From NCBI GenBank assembly GCA_030390025.1, contig JASTWF010000327.1:434001-498000 (forward strand): a stretch of 64,000 bases of DNA. The letters are read 5' to 3'. Shown here one piece after another: positions 50,000 to 64,000 of the stretch. The notes beneath the pieces are model-generated. The model had not been told where the DNA came from. It made no database searches and saw only the letters and a list, made by a program, of their open reading frames with translations. Source of the DNA: Squalus acanthias (Eukaryota). A program made the translations under genes and the position numbers. Within the stretch, counting starts at the first letter, position 1, and each line of letters starts with the position of its first letter.

Positions 50000-51616
50000 C
50001 AAATCTCAGAGATGCCGTAATTGTGACCATCTTCAAGAAAGGTGACAAGTCCGATTGCGGTAATTACAGAGGAGTTTCCCTGCTGTCTGTCACAGGAAAA
50101 GTCATCGCAAGAATCCTCAATTGCCTTCTCCCAGTGGCTGAAGAGCTCCTCCCAGAGTGGCAATGCAGATTCTGCCCACTAAGGGGCACAATGGACATGA
50201 TCTTCCCTGCATTTCTCTTGTATTTGACGCGCGGTGAACAGCACCAACCGCTGTACATGGCCTTCTTTGACCTCACAAAGGCCTTCGGCACTGTCAACTG
50301 TGTGGGATTATGGAGTGTCCTCCTCAAATTCGGCTGCCCTCAAAAGTTTGTCACCATCCTCTGCCGGCTTCACAATGATATGCAAGCTGTGATCCTGACC
50401 AACGGATCCACCACAGACCCAATTCACGTATAGACCAGGGTCAAGCAAGGCTGTGTCATCGAACCAACACTCTTCTTGATCTTCCTGGCTGCAATGCTCC
50501 ATCTTACCCTCAGTAAGCTCCCTGCTGGAGTGGAGCTAATCTACAGAACAAACGGGGAAACTGTTCAACCTCCGTCGCCTCCAGTCCAGATCCAAGGTCG
50601 TCCCATCCTCTGTCATCGAATTACAGTATGCAGACGATGCTTGCGTCTGGGCACACTCGCAGGTCGAACTCCAAGCCATTGTCAACACCATCACTGAAGC
50701 GTACGAGAGTATGGGCCTTACACTAAACATCCATAAGACAAAGGACCTCCACCAACCTGCCCCCGCCACACAATACTGCCCCCCCGATTATCAAAATCCA
50801 TGACAAGGCCTTGGACAACGTGGACCACTTTCCATACCTCGGGAGCCTACTGTCATCAAGGGCAGACGTCGATGACGAAGTCCAACACTGCCTTCAGTGT
50901 GCCAGTGCAGCCTTCAGTTGCCTGAGGAAGAGAGTGTTTGAAGACCAGGACCTCAAACCTGGCACCAAGCTCATGGTCTACAGAGCAGTAGTGATATGCT
51001 TCAGAGACATGGACCATGTACAGCAAGCACCTCAAAGCACTGGAGAGGTACCACCAACGCTGCCTCCGCAAGATCCTGGAAATCCATTGGCAGGATAGGC
51101 GCACCAACGTCAGTGTTCTCACTCAGGCCAACATCCCCAGCATCGAAGCTTTGACCACGCGAGATCAGCACCGATGAACGGGCCACATCGTCCACATGCC
51201 TGATACGAGACTCCCAAAACAAGTGCTCAACTCGGAGCCCCGACACGGCAAGAGAGCCCCAGGTGGGCAGAGGAAACGCTTCAAGGACACCCTCAAAGCC
51301 TCCTTGAAAAAGTGCAACATCCCCACCGACACCTGGAAATCCCTGGCCCAAGACCGCTCAAAGTGGAGGAGAAGCATCCGGGAAGGCCCGAACACGTTGC
51401 GTCTCTTCGCCGGGAGCAAGCGGAAGCCAAGCGCAAACAGCGGAAGGAGCGCACGTCAACCCAAGCACCCCACCCACCCGCCCCTTCAACCACCGTCTGC
51501 CCCACCTGTGACAGGGACTGTAGGTCCCGCATTGGACTCATTAGTCACCTGAGAACTCATTGTTAGTGTGGAAGCAAGTCATCCTCGGTTCCCAGGGACT
51601 GCCTAAGAAGATGATG
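50000..51616 (+). mobile_element. RTE-clade LINE, 5'-truncated and degenerate
   Basis: KKGDKSDCGNYRGVSLLS, FFDLTKAF, MPDTRLPKQ...GGQRKRFKD and a terminal CPTC...H finger; short-repeat tail aagaagatgatgat; 115-bp flanking duplication. Confidence 0.9.
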
Positions 51617-51728
51617 ATTTTGCCTGTAATGGAAAATAACTGACGATTAGTCCCAGTGTAACCTTTGCTGTCAGGAAATCAGTGTGTATTTTAATGAGCC
51701 TCGCGTCCTTGCTCAAGTCGGCTGCAAT

Positions 51729-52115
51729 TGTGTAGAAAGGGGATGTGTAAAGAGATGGTCTGTGTGTGGAGATGTGAAAGAAGGAAACGGTGTGTGTGTG
51801 TGATAGTGACACAGCCTTGTGGTCACAGTCAGAACAATGCACAGATATCCTTGTGGTTATGGTTTGGGCAGGGCCAGGTCAATAATGTCGTAAACAAGTT
51901 AAATATAAATATCGCCAGTATAGTCGCAGCTTGTTAGAACAGACCTGGGGAGAAGAGAGCTCTGAATCCACTGTATTATCTCTGTTCTCCGGATCGGGTA
52001 ACTATACTCTGTCTGTATCTTTGCAGTGCTGTTAATAAAGTCAGTAAAATACAATCTGTTGTGAGCTTGATTATCTGGTGTCTGAAACCACAAGACTCAA
52101 TTTTTAGAGTCATCA
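51729..52115 (+). mobile_element. Solo-LTR-like repeat (copy of 30609-30996)
   Basis: TG start, TATAAA at ~51904, AATAAA at ~52034, CA end. Confidence 0.55.
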
Positions 52116-52139
52116 AGATGAACAAGTAACCACATCACA

Positions 52140-52945
52140 AATGTGAAGTTATCCACTTTGGTAGAAAAAGCAGAAAGGCAGAGTGTTTCCTAAATGGTGA
52201 AAGATTGGGGAATGCAGATGCTCAAAGGGTCCTGGGTGTCCTTGTACATGAGCCACTGAAAGTGAATGTGCAGGTGCAGCAAGCCATTAGGAAGGCAAAT
52301 GGTATGCTGGCCTTCATTGCAAGAGGATTTGAGTACAGGAGTAAAGAAGTCTTACTCCAATTATATAGGGCCTTGGTGAGACCACACCTGGAGTACTGTG
52401 TACAATTTTGGTCTCCTTACCTAAGGAAGGATATACTTGCCATAGAGGGAGTGCAACGAAGGTTCACGAGATTGATTCCTGGGATGGCGGGACTGCCGTA
52501 TGAGAAGAGATTGAGTAAACTAGGCCTGTATTCTCCTGAATTCAGAAGAATGAGAGGGGATCGCATTGAAGCATACAAAATGATTACAGGGCTTGATGGG
52601 GTGGATGCTGGGAGAATGTTTCCCCTGGCTGGAGAGTCTAGAACCAGGGGCCACAGCCTCAGGATAAAGGGTAGGCCATTCAGGACTGAGATGAGAAGAA
52701 ATTTGTTCACACAGAGGGTGGTGAATCTTTGGAATTCTCTACCCCAGAGGGCTGTGGAGGCTCAGTCATTGGGTATATTCAAAACAGAAGTCGATAGATT
52801 TCTGACTAGTAAGGGCATCAAGGGATATGGCGATAGGGCCGGTGAATGGAATTGAGGCAGAAGATCAGCCATGATCTCATTGAATGGCGGAGCAGGCTCG
52901 AAAGGCCGAATGGCCTACTCCTGCTCCTATTTCTTATGTTCTAAT
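52140..52945 (+). mobile_element. CR1 3' fragment
   Basis: ORF 52205-52855 is an RT C-terminus, followed by a CR1 3' UTR. Confidence 0.9.
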
Positions 52946-53009
52946 CCCCATGTACAGTCCCAAGGTTGGAATCCCCCATATACAGTCCCAGAGTTGGAAT
53001 CCATGCTTT

Positions 53010-54925
53010 CGCCCCTCGAGCCTGCTCCACCATTCAATAAGATCATGGCTGATCATCGACCACAACTCCACTTTCCTGCCCGATCTCCATATCCCTTGAT
53101 TCCCCGAGAGTGCAAAAATCTATCTATCTTAGCCTTGAATATACTGAAAGACTAGCATTCACAGCCCTCTGGGGCAGAGAATTCCAAACATTCACAACCC
53201 TCTGAGTGAAGAAATTCCTCCTCATCTCAGTCTTAAATGGCCGACCCCTTATCCTGAGACTATACCCCCTAGTTCTAGACACTCCAGCCAGGGGAAACAA
53301 CCTCGCAGCATCTACCCTGTCAATCCCCTTCAGAATCCTGTATGTTTCAATGAGATCACCTCTCATTCTTCTGAACTCCAGAGAGTATAGGCCCATTCTA
53401 CACAATCTCTTATCATAGGACAGCCCTCTCATCCCAGGAATCAATCTAGTGAACCTTCATTGCACTGCCTCCAAGGCAAGTATATCCTTCCTCAGATAAG
53501 GAGGCCAAAACTGTGCACAGTACTCCAGGTGTGATCTCACCAAGGCCCTGTACAATTGTAGCAAGACTTCATTACTCTTATACTCCAACCCCCTTGCAAT
53601 AAAGGCCAACATGCCATTTGCCTTCCTTATTGCTTGCTGTACCTGCATGCTAGCTTTCTGTGTTTCTTGCACGAGGACACCCAGATCTCTCTGAACACCA
53701 ACATTTGAAAGTTTCTCACCATTTAAAAAATATTCCGTTTTTCTATTCTTCCTACCAAAGTGAATAACCTCACATTTCCCTACATTATACTCCATCTGCC
53801 ACCTTACTGCCCACTCACTTAGTCTATCTATATCCCTTTGCAGACTCTGTGTTCTCCTCACAGCTTACTGTCCCACCTAGCTTTGTATCATCAGCAAACT
53901 TGGATACATTACACTCGGTCCCTTCATCTAGGTCATTAATATAGATTGTAAATAGCTGAGGCCCCAACACTGATCCTTGCGGCACCCCACTAGTTACAGC
54001 CTGCCAACCTGAAAAAGATCCGTTTATCCCTACGCTCTGTTTTCTGTCCGTTAACCAATCCTCTATCATGCTACTATATTACCCCCATGCCCATGAGCCC
54101 TAATCTTGTGTAATAACCTTTTATGTGGCACCTTATCGAATGCCTTTTGGAAATCCAAATATACTACATCCACTGACTCCCCTTTATCTACCCTGCTAAT
54201 TACATTCTCAAAAAACTCTAATAAATTTGTCAAACACGATTTCCCTTTCATAAAACCATGTTGACTCTGCCTAATCATGTTATGATTTTCTAAGTGACTT
54301 GATACCACTTCCTTAACAATGGATTCCAGCATTTTCCTGACGACTGATGTCAGGCTAACTGGCCTGTAGTTCCCTGTTTTTTCCCTCCCTCCTTTCTTGA
54401 ATAGCGGTGTTACATTTGCGACCTTCCAATCCGCTGGGACCATTCCAGAATCCAGGGAATTTTGGAAGATCAAAACCAATGCCTCCACTATCTCTCCAGC
54501 CACCTCTTTTAGAACCCTAGGATGTAGGCCGTCAGGTCCAGGGGATTTGTTGGCTTTTAGTCCCATTAGTTTCTCTAGTACTTTTTGTCTACTTATATGA
54601 ATTACGTTAAGTTCCCCACCCTCATTAGACCCTTGGTTCCCCACCATTTTTGGTATGCTTTTTGTGTCTTCTACTGTGAAGACAGATACAAAATATTTGT
54701 TTAACATTTCTGCTATGATCACTCTGCCCCAGAGGATCCTTTACTATGAGATTGCTAATTAACCCTGTCTCATTACACAATACAAGATCTAAAATAGCCT
54801 GTTCCCTGGTTGGTTCCTTGACATATTGTTCTCAGAAACTGTCCCGAATGCATTCCATGGACTCGTCCTCCAGACTACCTTTGCCAATTTGATTTGTCCA
54901 GTCTATCTGAAGATTAAAGTCCCCC
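53010..54925 (-). mobile_element. CR1 fragments (RT, plus a short EN piece)
   Basis: ORFs 54066-54722 (KSPGPDG, NYRPVSLTS, LDFQKAFD), 53824-54069, 53457-53861 and 53124-53444. Confidence 0.9.
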
Positions 54926-54929
54926 AACC

Positions 54930-57300
54930 TTGTACATCCTCTTCATCTATTTTTATCCTATGCAATATTACTACTGCCTCCTCCTTTACTGCTACATTGG
55001 CAGCATCCTCTTCTCTCGTGAAGACTGAAGTAAAGTACTCATTTAGTACCTCAGCCATTGCCCTCTGCCTCCACAAGATGATGTTTTTGGTCCCGAATCG
55101 GCCCCAGCCTTCCTTTGACTACCCTTTTACTATTTATGTGTTTATAAAAGACTTTTGGGTTCCCTTTTATGTTAGCCGCTAATCTATTCTCATACTCTCT
55201 CTTTGCCCCTCTTATTCCTTTTTTATATCTCCTCTGTACTTTCTATATTCAGCTTGGTTTTCTACTATCTTATTAACCTTAGAATTGTCATAAGCCTCCT
55301 TTTCCTGTTGTATTTTAACCTCTATATCTTTAGTCATCCAGGGAGCTCTAGCTTTGGATGCCCTTCCTTTCCCCCTCATGGCAATGTGTCTACTCTGTAC
55401 ACAAACCATCTCCTCTTTGAAGCCCTCCCATTGTTCAATTACTGTTTTGCCTACCAACTTTTGATTCCAATCCACCTGGGCCAGATCCCTTTTCAACTCA
55501 CTGAAGTTAGCCCTCCTCCAGTTAAATATTTTTACACTTGTCCTTTTCCATAACTATTTTTAAGCTGACGACATTCTGATCACTGTTCCCCAAATGCTCT
55601 TCCACTGAAATATGCTCCACTTGCTCCACTTCATTCCCCAGAACTAGATCCAGCTCTGCTTCCTTCCTCGTTGGGCTGGAAACAGTGTTCAAGAAAATTC
55701 TCTTGTACGCATTTCAGGAATTCCTCCCCCTCTTTGCCCTTCAGACTGATGCTATCCCAGTCTATATTAGGATAATTGAAGTCTCCCATTATCACTACTC
55801 TGCAGTTCCTGTATCTTTCTGTAATTTGCCTGCAAATTTGCTCCATTATCTCCTTCCCATTATTTGGTGGCCTACAGTATGCACCCTGTAGCGTAATAGC
55901 TCCTCTACTGTTCCTTAATTCAAACCAAATAGATTCTGTCTTTCACCCCCTCAACTACATCATCCCTCTCCAGTGCTAGAATAGTTTCATTGATCAGTAT
56001 TACCACCGCCTCCTTTTTTTCCCCTTCCCTCTCTTTCCTGAATACCTTGTAGCCAGAAATATTAAGTTCCCAATCCTCCCCTTCTTTGAGCCAGGTCTCT
56101 GTTATTCCCACTATTTCATTGTCCCATGTGGTGACTTGTGCCTGTGGCTCACCAACCTTATTTCTCACGCTCCGTGCATTTACACACATGCACTCCAAAC
56201 CCATCTTAGACTGCTTCGCATTTGCCCCCCCTGTCTGATCCCTCCCATTTCTGAACTATTCTTTAATCTAGTGCTATTTGCCTCTCCATGTCCTCTGTGC
56301 ACCTTGTTTCTCCTCTCTGATGTTTCATCCTGGAGCACACCCCCTGCCAAATTAGTTTAAACCCTCCCCCACAGCACCAGTTAACCTTCCCGTGAGGGCG
56401 TTGGTCCCAGCTCTGTTGAGGTGCAACCCGTCCACCTTGGACAGGTCCCTCCTGCCCCAGAACTGGTCCCAATGCCCCAGGAATCTGAAGTCCTCCTTCC
56501 TGCTTCATTTCTCCAGCCATATGTTAACCTGTCTTATCCGACTATTCCTATACTCACTAGTGCATGGCACTGGGAGTAATCCAGAGATTGCTATTTTTGA
56601 GGTCCTGCTCTTTAATTTCCTCCAGAGTTCCTGAAACACTGACTGCAGGACCACAACCCTTTTCTTTCCTGTGTCATTGGTTCCCATATGGACTACAACT
56701 CCTAGCTGTTCAACTCCCCCCCCCATAAAATGTTCTGCACCCTCTCCGTGATGTCCTTTACCCTGGCACCAGGGAGACAACACACCGTGCGGGACTCACA
56801 TCCGGGGTTGCAGAAACACCTGTCTAATCCCCTGACTATTGAATCCCCGATGACCACTGCATTTCTACACTTTGCTGTGCCCCCCTGTGCAGTCAATTGC
56901 CCCACAGTGCAGTGGATGTGCTCCAGACTGCACTCCCCCGAGGTGTTGTCACCCTCACCATTGGTCAGCACTGAAAACCGGTTTGAGAGTGCCACACTCC
57001 CGGAGGATTCCTGCACTGCCTGCCTCTTCCTACCCTGCCGGACGGCCACCCAGTTACAATTCCCATGAACTCTCCGTAGCTGCGGGGTGACCACCTCCTG
57101 CAACGTGGACTCCGGGAAATTCTCAGCCTCCCGTCTGCCCTGCAGTGACTCCAGCCGCTCCTCAAGCTCAGAAACCCTGAGCTCGAGTTCCAGCCACTGG
57201 AGGCACTTCCTGCACCCGCAGTTATCCGGGACACGTGAAGCGTCCTGAAAGTTCCCACATGGCACAGGAATTGCAGCAATCGGTCCCATCATTTCGCTTA
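54930..57300 (-). mobile_element. CR1 5' portion: ORF1 (zinc-finger/coiled-coil plus SGNH esterase) and ORF2 endonuclease, degenerate
   Basis: C..C...CRKC..LELRVSELE, IGDSIVRG, CLPGARV, HMGTND; then NARS, ITETW, GDFNYP. Confidence 0.85.
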
Positions 57301-57469
57301 AAAGTCTATCTACCTGAGCTATAGATATGACGTTAGGTTAGTATCCCCTTATCCCTACCATTCAATCAGTGACTGGCCCTTTGCCAGGCCCGCTGACTGT
57401 GGCCCCTCTCCCAGATTCCAGCCCCAGCTCTGTGCTGACTGAGCTGCTCTCACCTGGGGACAGCGCGTC

Positions 57470-57965
57470 ACAATCGGCCCCAGCGCACCTGAGCTGGTCA
57501 CCAGGCCCCGCCCCCTTGCTGCGCCGCCATTGGTAGGAGGACCCACCGCCCGCTCGGTCCTCCAGCCCCGCCTCCTCTTCCTATTGGTCCGAGCTCCCGT
57601 CAGTCAGGCCGCTCCCCGCGGTCACGTGCTCCAGTTCACTCCGCCCCCTCGCCACCCCGAGTGATGGACGCGGCTGAATCCGCTCCATTCGGTGTCCGGG
57701 GAGCTCCTGCCCGACTCTCGGGTTTGTATTTTACTTTATTCTCTCTCTCTTCGCCCCCTGTACCATCTCCCCGCCCAACCGCCAGCTAACTCGGTGCAGC
57801 AAACTCACTTTCCGTCGGTGACTCGGCCTCAACGGCCGTCCGTCCGCCTTCCCCAGGAGCCCCCGCGCGGTTGCCCCGGTGACCCCAGCCCAGCGCGCAG
57901 GCGCAGCAGCGGCCGGATTGTCGGCCTGAGTTCTGCCTCCTGAGCATGCGCGGCGCCCAGCCGGT
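57470..57965. promoter_or_regulatory. CpG-island promoter module with no ZNF exon identified nearby
   Basis: Same attgg...ggaggaccc...ccccgcc...cctattggtcc...gctcccgtca module as 5300, 34590 and 43260; GCATGCGC at ~57944. Confidence 0.55.
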
Positions 57966-57974
57966 GACCTCATC

Positions 57975-60900
57975 AGAACAAAAGGACCTGGAGCAGGAGT
58001 GGGCCATTCGGGCCCTCGAGCCTGCTCCACCATTCAATAAGATCATGGCTCATCTTCCTCATCTCCACTTTCCTGCACTATCCCCATATCCCTTGGTTCC
58101 CTTAATATCCAACAATCTATCGATCTGGGTCTTGAATATACTCAATGACTGAGCCTCCACAGCCCCCTGGGGTAGAGAATTCCACAGGTTCACCACCCTC
58201 TGAGTGAAGACATTCCTCCTCATCTCAGTCCCAAATGGCCGACCCCTTATCCTGAGACTGTGACCCCTGGTTCTGGATTCCCCAGCCAGGGGAAACATCC
58301 TCCCTGCATCTACCCTGTCAAGCCCTGTAATAATTTTGTTTGTTTCAAAGAGATCAACTCTCATTCTTCTAAACTCTGGTGAATACAAGCCTAGTCGACC
58401 CAATCTCTCCTCATACGACAGTCCTGCCATCCCAGGAATCAGTCTGATGAACCTTCATTGCACTCCCTTTATGGCAAGTATATCCTTCCTTAGGTAAGGA
58501 GACCAAAACTGTGCACAATACTCCAGGTGTGGTCTCACCAGGGCCCTATATAATTGCAGTAAGACGTCTTTACACTTATACCCAAATCCTCTTGTAATAA
58601 AGGCCAACATACCATTTGCTCTCCTAATTGCTTGCTGTACCTGCATGTTAACTTTCAGTGATTCGTGTACAAGGACACCCAGGTCCCACTGAACACCAAC
58701 ATTTCCCAATCTCTCACCATTTAAAAAATACTCTGCTTTTCTATTTTTCCGACCAAAGTGGATAACTTCACATTTCTCCACATTATATTCCATTTGTCTT
58801 GTTCTTGCCCACTCACTTAGCCTGTCTATTTCCCCTTGAAGCCTCTTTGCATCCTCCTCACAACTTACATTCCCACCCAGCTTTGTATCATCAGCAAACT
58901 TGGATATATTGGGCCGTATTTTGCGACCCCTACGGGTGCGTACGAGGTGCGCATGTGCCCGGAGGGGCCGCACACCTGCCGGGTTTAGGCATACATAGCG
59001 CATGCACTAAAACCCGGCAATTGCGATCTGTCAAGAATTCTCTTGACAGATCCGCCACATCCCCAGGAAAAGGGCGCTATTGGCCCAACCTCCGCCCGCT
59101 GAAAGGCTGTGGAATTCTTACGCCTGGTTTACCAGCATAAGAGTTTTAAAAAATAGAAAAATAACATTTTATCACTCATTTATACATTAAAAACCCTGTC
59201 CAATAAGGGAAGTTTATTTTTAGCCCCGTTAAAGCATATACATTTTTTCCCCCCAAAATTAAATTTTTGTTTAAAATATTTAATTAAATGCCATTTTAAT
59301 TAATTTTATATATGTAATGTTTATTTTAAATTTATTTCACGTGTTCGGGTATTTTTTTAGTCATTCCCACTCATACTTATGACAGTTCCGTACAAATCAT
59401 TGATCCAGATGTGAATAGCTGAGGCCCAAGCACTGATCCTTGCGGTACCCCACTAGTTACAGCCTGTCAACCCGAAAATGACCCGTTTATTCCTACTCTC
59501 TGTTTTCTGTCCGTTAACCAATCCTCAATCCATGCTAGTATATTACCCCCAATCCCATGAGCCCTAATTTTGTTTAATAACCTCTTGTGTGGCACCTTAT
59601 CGAATGCCTTCTGAAAATCCAAATACACCACATCTACTGGTTCCCCCTTATCTATTCTACTAGTTCGAACCTCAAAAAACTCTTAACAGATTTGTCAAAC
59701 ATGATTTCCCTTTCATAAATCCGTGTTGACTCTGCCCAATCCTATTATTATTTTCTACGTGCCCTGTTACCAGGTCCTTAATAATAGATTCTAGCATTTT
59801 CCCTGCTACTGATGTCAGTCTAACTGGTCTGGAGTTCCCCGTTTTCTCTGTCCCTCCTTTCTTAAATAGTGGGGTTACATTTGCCACCTTCCAATCCGCG
59901 GGAACCGTTCTAGAATCAATGGCATTTTGGAGGATGACAACCAATGCATCCACTATCTCTATAGCCACCTCTTTCAAAACCATAGGATGTAGGCCATCAG
60001 GTCCAGGGGATTTATCGGCTTTCAGTCCCATTAATTTCTCCAGTACTATTTTTTTTACTAATACTAATTTCTTTCAGTTCCTCATTCTCACCAGACCCGT
60101 GGTTCTCCAGTATTTCTGGGAGGTTTTTTGCATCTTCTTCCGTGAAGACAGACACAAAAGTATTTGTTTAATTTCTCTGCCATTTCCTTATTCCCCATTA
60201 TAATTTCTCCAATCTCAGCCTGTAAGGGACCCACATTTACTTTCGCTAATCTTTTCCTTTTTACATACCTAGAGAAGCTTTTACAGTCTGTTTTTATGTC
60301 TCTCGCCAGTTTACTCTCATTCTATTTACTCTTTATTAATTTCTTGGTCCTCCTTTACTGAATTCTAAAATTTCTCCCAATCCTCAGGCTTACTGCTCTT
60401 TTTGGCAACATTATAAGCCTCTTCCTTTGATCTAATACTATCTTTAACTTCTCTTGTTAGCCACGATTGGACCACTTTTCCTGTGGGGCTTTTGTGCCTT
60501 AAAGGAATGTATATTTGTTGTAAATTATATATTACTTCTTTAAATGCTAGCCATTGCTTTGTTTTATTTGTTCATGGGATGTGGGCGTCACTGGTAAGGC
60601 CAGCATTTATTGCCCATCCCTAATTACCCTTGGGAAGGTGGAGGTGAGCCGCCGCCTTGAACCGCTGCAGTCCGTGTGGTGAAGGTGCTCCCACAGTGCT
60701 GTTAGGGAGGGAGTTCCAGGATTTTGACCCAGCGACGATGAAGGAACGGCTGGTATACTTCTAAGTTAGGATGGTGTGTGAATTGGAGGAGAACTTGGAG
60801 ATGGTGGTGTTCCCCTGCACCTGCTGCCCTTGTCCTACTCGGTGGTAGAGGTTTGGGAGGTGCTGCCGAAGAAGCTTGGCGAGTTGCTGCAGTGCATCTT

Positions 60901-63900
60901 GTAGATGGTACACACTGCAGCCACGGTACGCCGGTGGTGGAGGGAGTGAATGTTTAAGGTGGTGGATGGGGTGCCAATCAAGCGGGCTGCTTTGTCCTGG
61001 ATGGTGTCGAGCTTCTTGAGTGTTGTTGGAGCTGAACTCATCCAGGCAAGTGGAGAGTATTCCATCACACTCCTGACTTGTGCCTTGTAGATGGTGGAAA
61101 GGCTTTGGGGAGTCAGGAGGTGAGACACTCGCCGCAGAATACCCAGTCTCTGACTTGCTCTTGTTGCCACAGTGTTTATGTGGCTGGTCCAGTTAAGTTT
61201 CTGGTCAATGGTGACCCCCAGGATATTGATGGTGGGGGATTCGGCGATGGTAATGCCGTTGAATGACAAGGGGCGGTGGTTAGACGCTCGTTTGTTGGAG
61301 ATAGTCATTGCCTCGCACTTGTGTGGCGCGAATGTTACCTGCCACTTATCAGCCCTAGCCTGAATGTCGTCCAGGTCTTGCTGCATGCAGGCATGGACTG
61401 CTTCATTATCTGAGGAGTTGTGAATGGCACTGAACACAGTGCAATCATCAGTGAACATCCCCACTTCTGATGTTATGATGAAGGGAAGGTCATTGATGAA
61501 ACAGCTGAAGATGGTTGGGCCTTGTCTACCGTCATACCTTTTAATGTAGTTTCCCAATCTACCTTAGCCCACTCGCCCCTCATACCTATGTAGTTTGCTT
61601 TGTTTAGATTTAAGACCCTAGTTTTGGATTTAACGAAATCACTTTCAAACTTAATATAAAATTCTATCATATTATGGTCACTCTTCTCTAAGGGCCCCTT
61701 TACTAAAAGGTTATTAATTAACCCTTTCTCATTGCACAATACTAGATCTAAAATAGCCTGTTCCCTAGTTGGTTCCTCAACACACTAATCTAAAAAACTA
61801 TGTTGTATAATTTCCATGAATTTATCCTCCACACTATTACTGCAAATTTGGTTTGCCCAGTCTATATGTCGATTAAAGTCCCCAATGATTACTGTATTAC
61901 CCTTGTTACATGCGCCTCTAATTTCCTGATTTATACTCTGCCCTACATTACAGCTACTGTTTGAGGGCCTATAAACAACTCCCACCAATGTTTGCTGCCC
62001 CTTGCTGTTTCTTAGCTCCACCCAAACTGATTCTAATTCTTGATTTTTGGAGCTAAGATCCTTTCTCTCTCCTGTCTTTATCCCATCCTTTATTATCATG
62101 GCTTCCCCTCCTCCTTTTCCATTTTGCCTATTTCTTCTAAAAGTTAAGTATCCTGAAATATTTAGTTCCCAACTTTGCAACCACGTTTCCGTAATTGCTA
62201 TTAGATCAAACCTATTAATTTCTACCTCCGCTATTAATTCATCTGCTTTGTTGCATAGAATCATAGAAGATAGGAGTAGGAGTAGGCCATTCGGCCCCTC
62301 GAGCCTGCTCCGCCATTTAATGAGATCATGGCTGATCATCCAAATTCAGTACCCTGTCCCTGCTTTCTCCCCATATCCCTTGATCCCTTTAGCCTTAAGA
62401 AATATACCTAACTCCTTCTTGAATATATTTAATGAATTGGCCTCTACTGCCTTCTGTGGTAGAGAATTTCACAGGTTCACCACTCTCTGGGTGAAGAAAT
62501 TCCTCCTCATCTCAGTCCTAAATGGCTTACCCCTTATCCTTAGACTGTGACCCCTGGTTCTGGACTCCCCGCCATCGGGAACATCCTTCCTGCATCTAGT
62601 CTGTCTAGTCCTGTTAGAATTTTATAAGTTTCAATGAGATCTCCTCTCATTCTTCGAAACGCTAGCGAATATAAGCCTAATCGACCCAATCTCTCTTCAT
62701 ACGTCATTCCTGCCATCCCAGGTATCAGTCTGGTAAATCTTCGCTGCACTCCCTCCATGGCAAGAACATCCTTCCTCAGATAAGGCGACCAAAACTGCAC
62801 ACAATACTCAAGGTGTGGTCTCACCAAGGCCCTGTACAACTGCAGCAAGACATCCTTGCTCCTGTACTCGAATCCTCTCGCTATGAAGGCCAACATACCA
62901 TTTGCCTTCTTAACCGCCTGCTGCACCTGCATGTTTACCTTCAGCGACTGGTGCACAAGGACTCCCAGATCTCGTTGCACTTCCCCTTTTCCCAATCTAT
63001 TGCCGTTCAGATAATAATCTGTCTTCCTGTTTTTGCCACCAAAGTGGATAACCTCGCATTTATCCACGCGCATTCAGATAGAGTGCCTTTAGCTTTGATT
63101 TTTTTCTATTTTTCCCTGATGTCACCTTAGTCACTGATGCTGTATTACCTTTGTTACTCACTATGTCCCTTCCTGACCCACTCTGTTTATTTTTACCCAA
63201 AACTCTGCTCTGCGCTAGAGCCTTGTCATAAGAACATAAGAACATAAGAAATAGGAGCAGGAGTCGGCCAATTTGCCCCTCGAGCCTGCTCCGCCATTCA
63301 ATAAGATCATGGCTGATCTGATCCTAACCGCCAATCTACTATCACAGAACCATCTCCTGAACCTAACAGAATTGGACACACGAAATAGGAGCAGGATCAG
63401 GCTACACGGCCCCTGGGCCCGCTACGTTACCCACAGGGCCATGACCGATCCGAACTTAGACTCATGTCCAAATTCCTGCCCGCTCCCCGTAACCCTTAAT
63501 TCCCTTTACTCCTAGGAAACTGTCTATTTCTGTTTTAAATTTATGTAATGATGTAGCTTCTACAGCTTTTTGGGGCAGCATATTCCATGGACCTACCACC
63601 CTCTGAGTGAAAAAGTTCCTTATTCTAAGACTATGCCCCCTAGTTCTAGTTTCACCCATCATCGGGAACATCCTCCCCGCATGCACCCGATCCAACCCCT
63701 TCACAATCTTATATGTTTCAATAAGATCGCCTCTCATTCTTCTGAACTCCAATGAGTAGAGTCCCAATCTACCCAACCTCTCCTCATATGTCCATCCCCT
63801 CATCCCCGGGATTAACCGAGTGAACCTTTTTTGCACTGCCTCGAGAGCAAGGATGTCTTTTCTTAAGTATGGACACCAAAACTGTATGCAGTATTCCAGG

Positions 63901-64000
63901 TGCGGTCTCACCAATACCTTGTACAACTCAAGCAATACCTCCCTATTTTTATATTCTATCCCCTTAGCAATGAAAGCCAACATTCCATTGGCCTTCTTAA
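57975..64000 (-). mobile_element. Stack of nested CR1 elements (at least 3 copies), with an L2/CR1-clade fragment inserted at ~60560-61520
   Basis: Multiple RT/EN ORFs (58059-59003, 59672-60031, 60835-61557, 61785-62339, 62540-63073, 63462-63983) and CR1 tails at ~62255 and ~63225. Confidence 0.88.
58911..59395. mobile_element. Truncated non-autonomous DNA-transposon-like insert in CR1
   Basis: Interrupts the CR1 RT; starts GGGCCGTATTTTGC, GC-rich then AT-rich; no matching right TIR found. Confidence 0.45.

Overview
Eukaryotic, repeat-rich vertebrate DNA. The repeat families and ZNF style suggest a cartilaginous fish (shark), but this is inference. The window is a cluster of tandem C2H2 zinc-finger genes with no KRAB/SCAN domain visible: six genes plus one remnant, several in divergent pairs built by inverted segmental duplication, with GC-rich CCAAT/GC-box/NRF1/YY1-type promoters. 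They sit among many CR1, L2, RTE, Tx1 and Penelope retroelements, tRNA-derived SINEs, a solo-LTR-like repeat and minisatellites. Main observations: (1) a near-intact 4.1-kb PIF/Harbinger transposon (DDE transposase plus spliced Myb/SANT gene, TIRs, 3-bp TSD) and a related MITE occupy the same nucleotide position of two homologous CR1 copies, in opposite relative orientation, suggesting sequence-specific targeting; (2) several Penelope-derived minimal hammerhead ribozymes, including palindromic mini-elements and one insertion that starts at the predicted cleavage site; (3) four ZNF paralogs share two in-frame TGA codons followed by an ACG in strong Kozak context, a possible non-AUG start; (4) a palindromic bidirectional promoter; (5) an RTE insertion with a 115-bp target-site duplication. 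Repeat boundaries given without a TSD are approximate.
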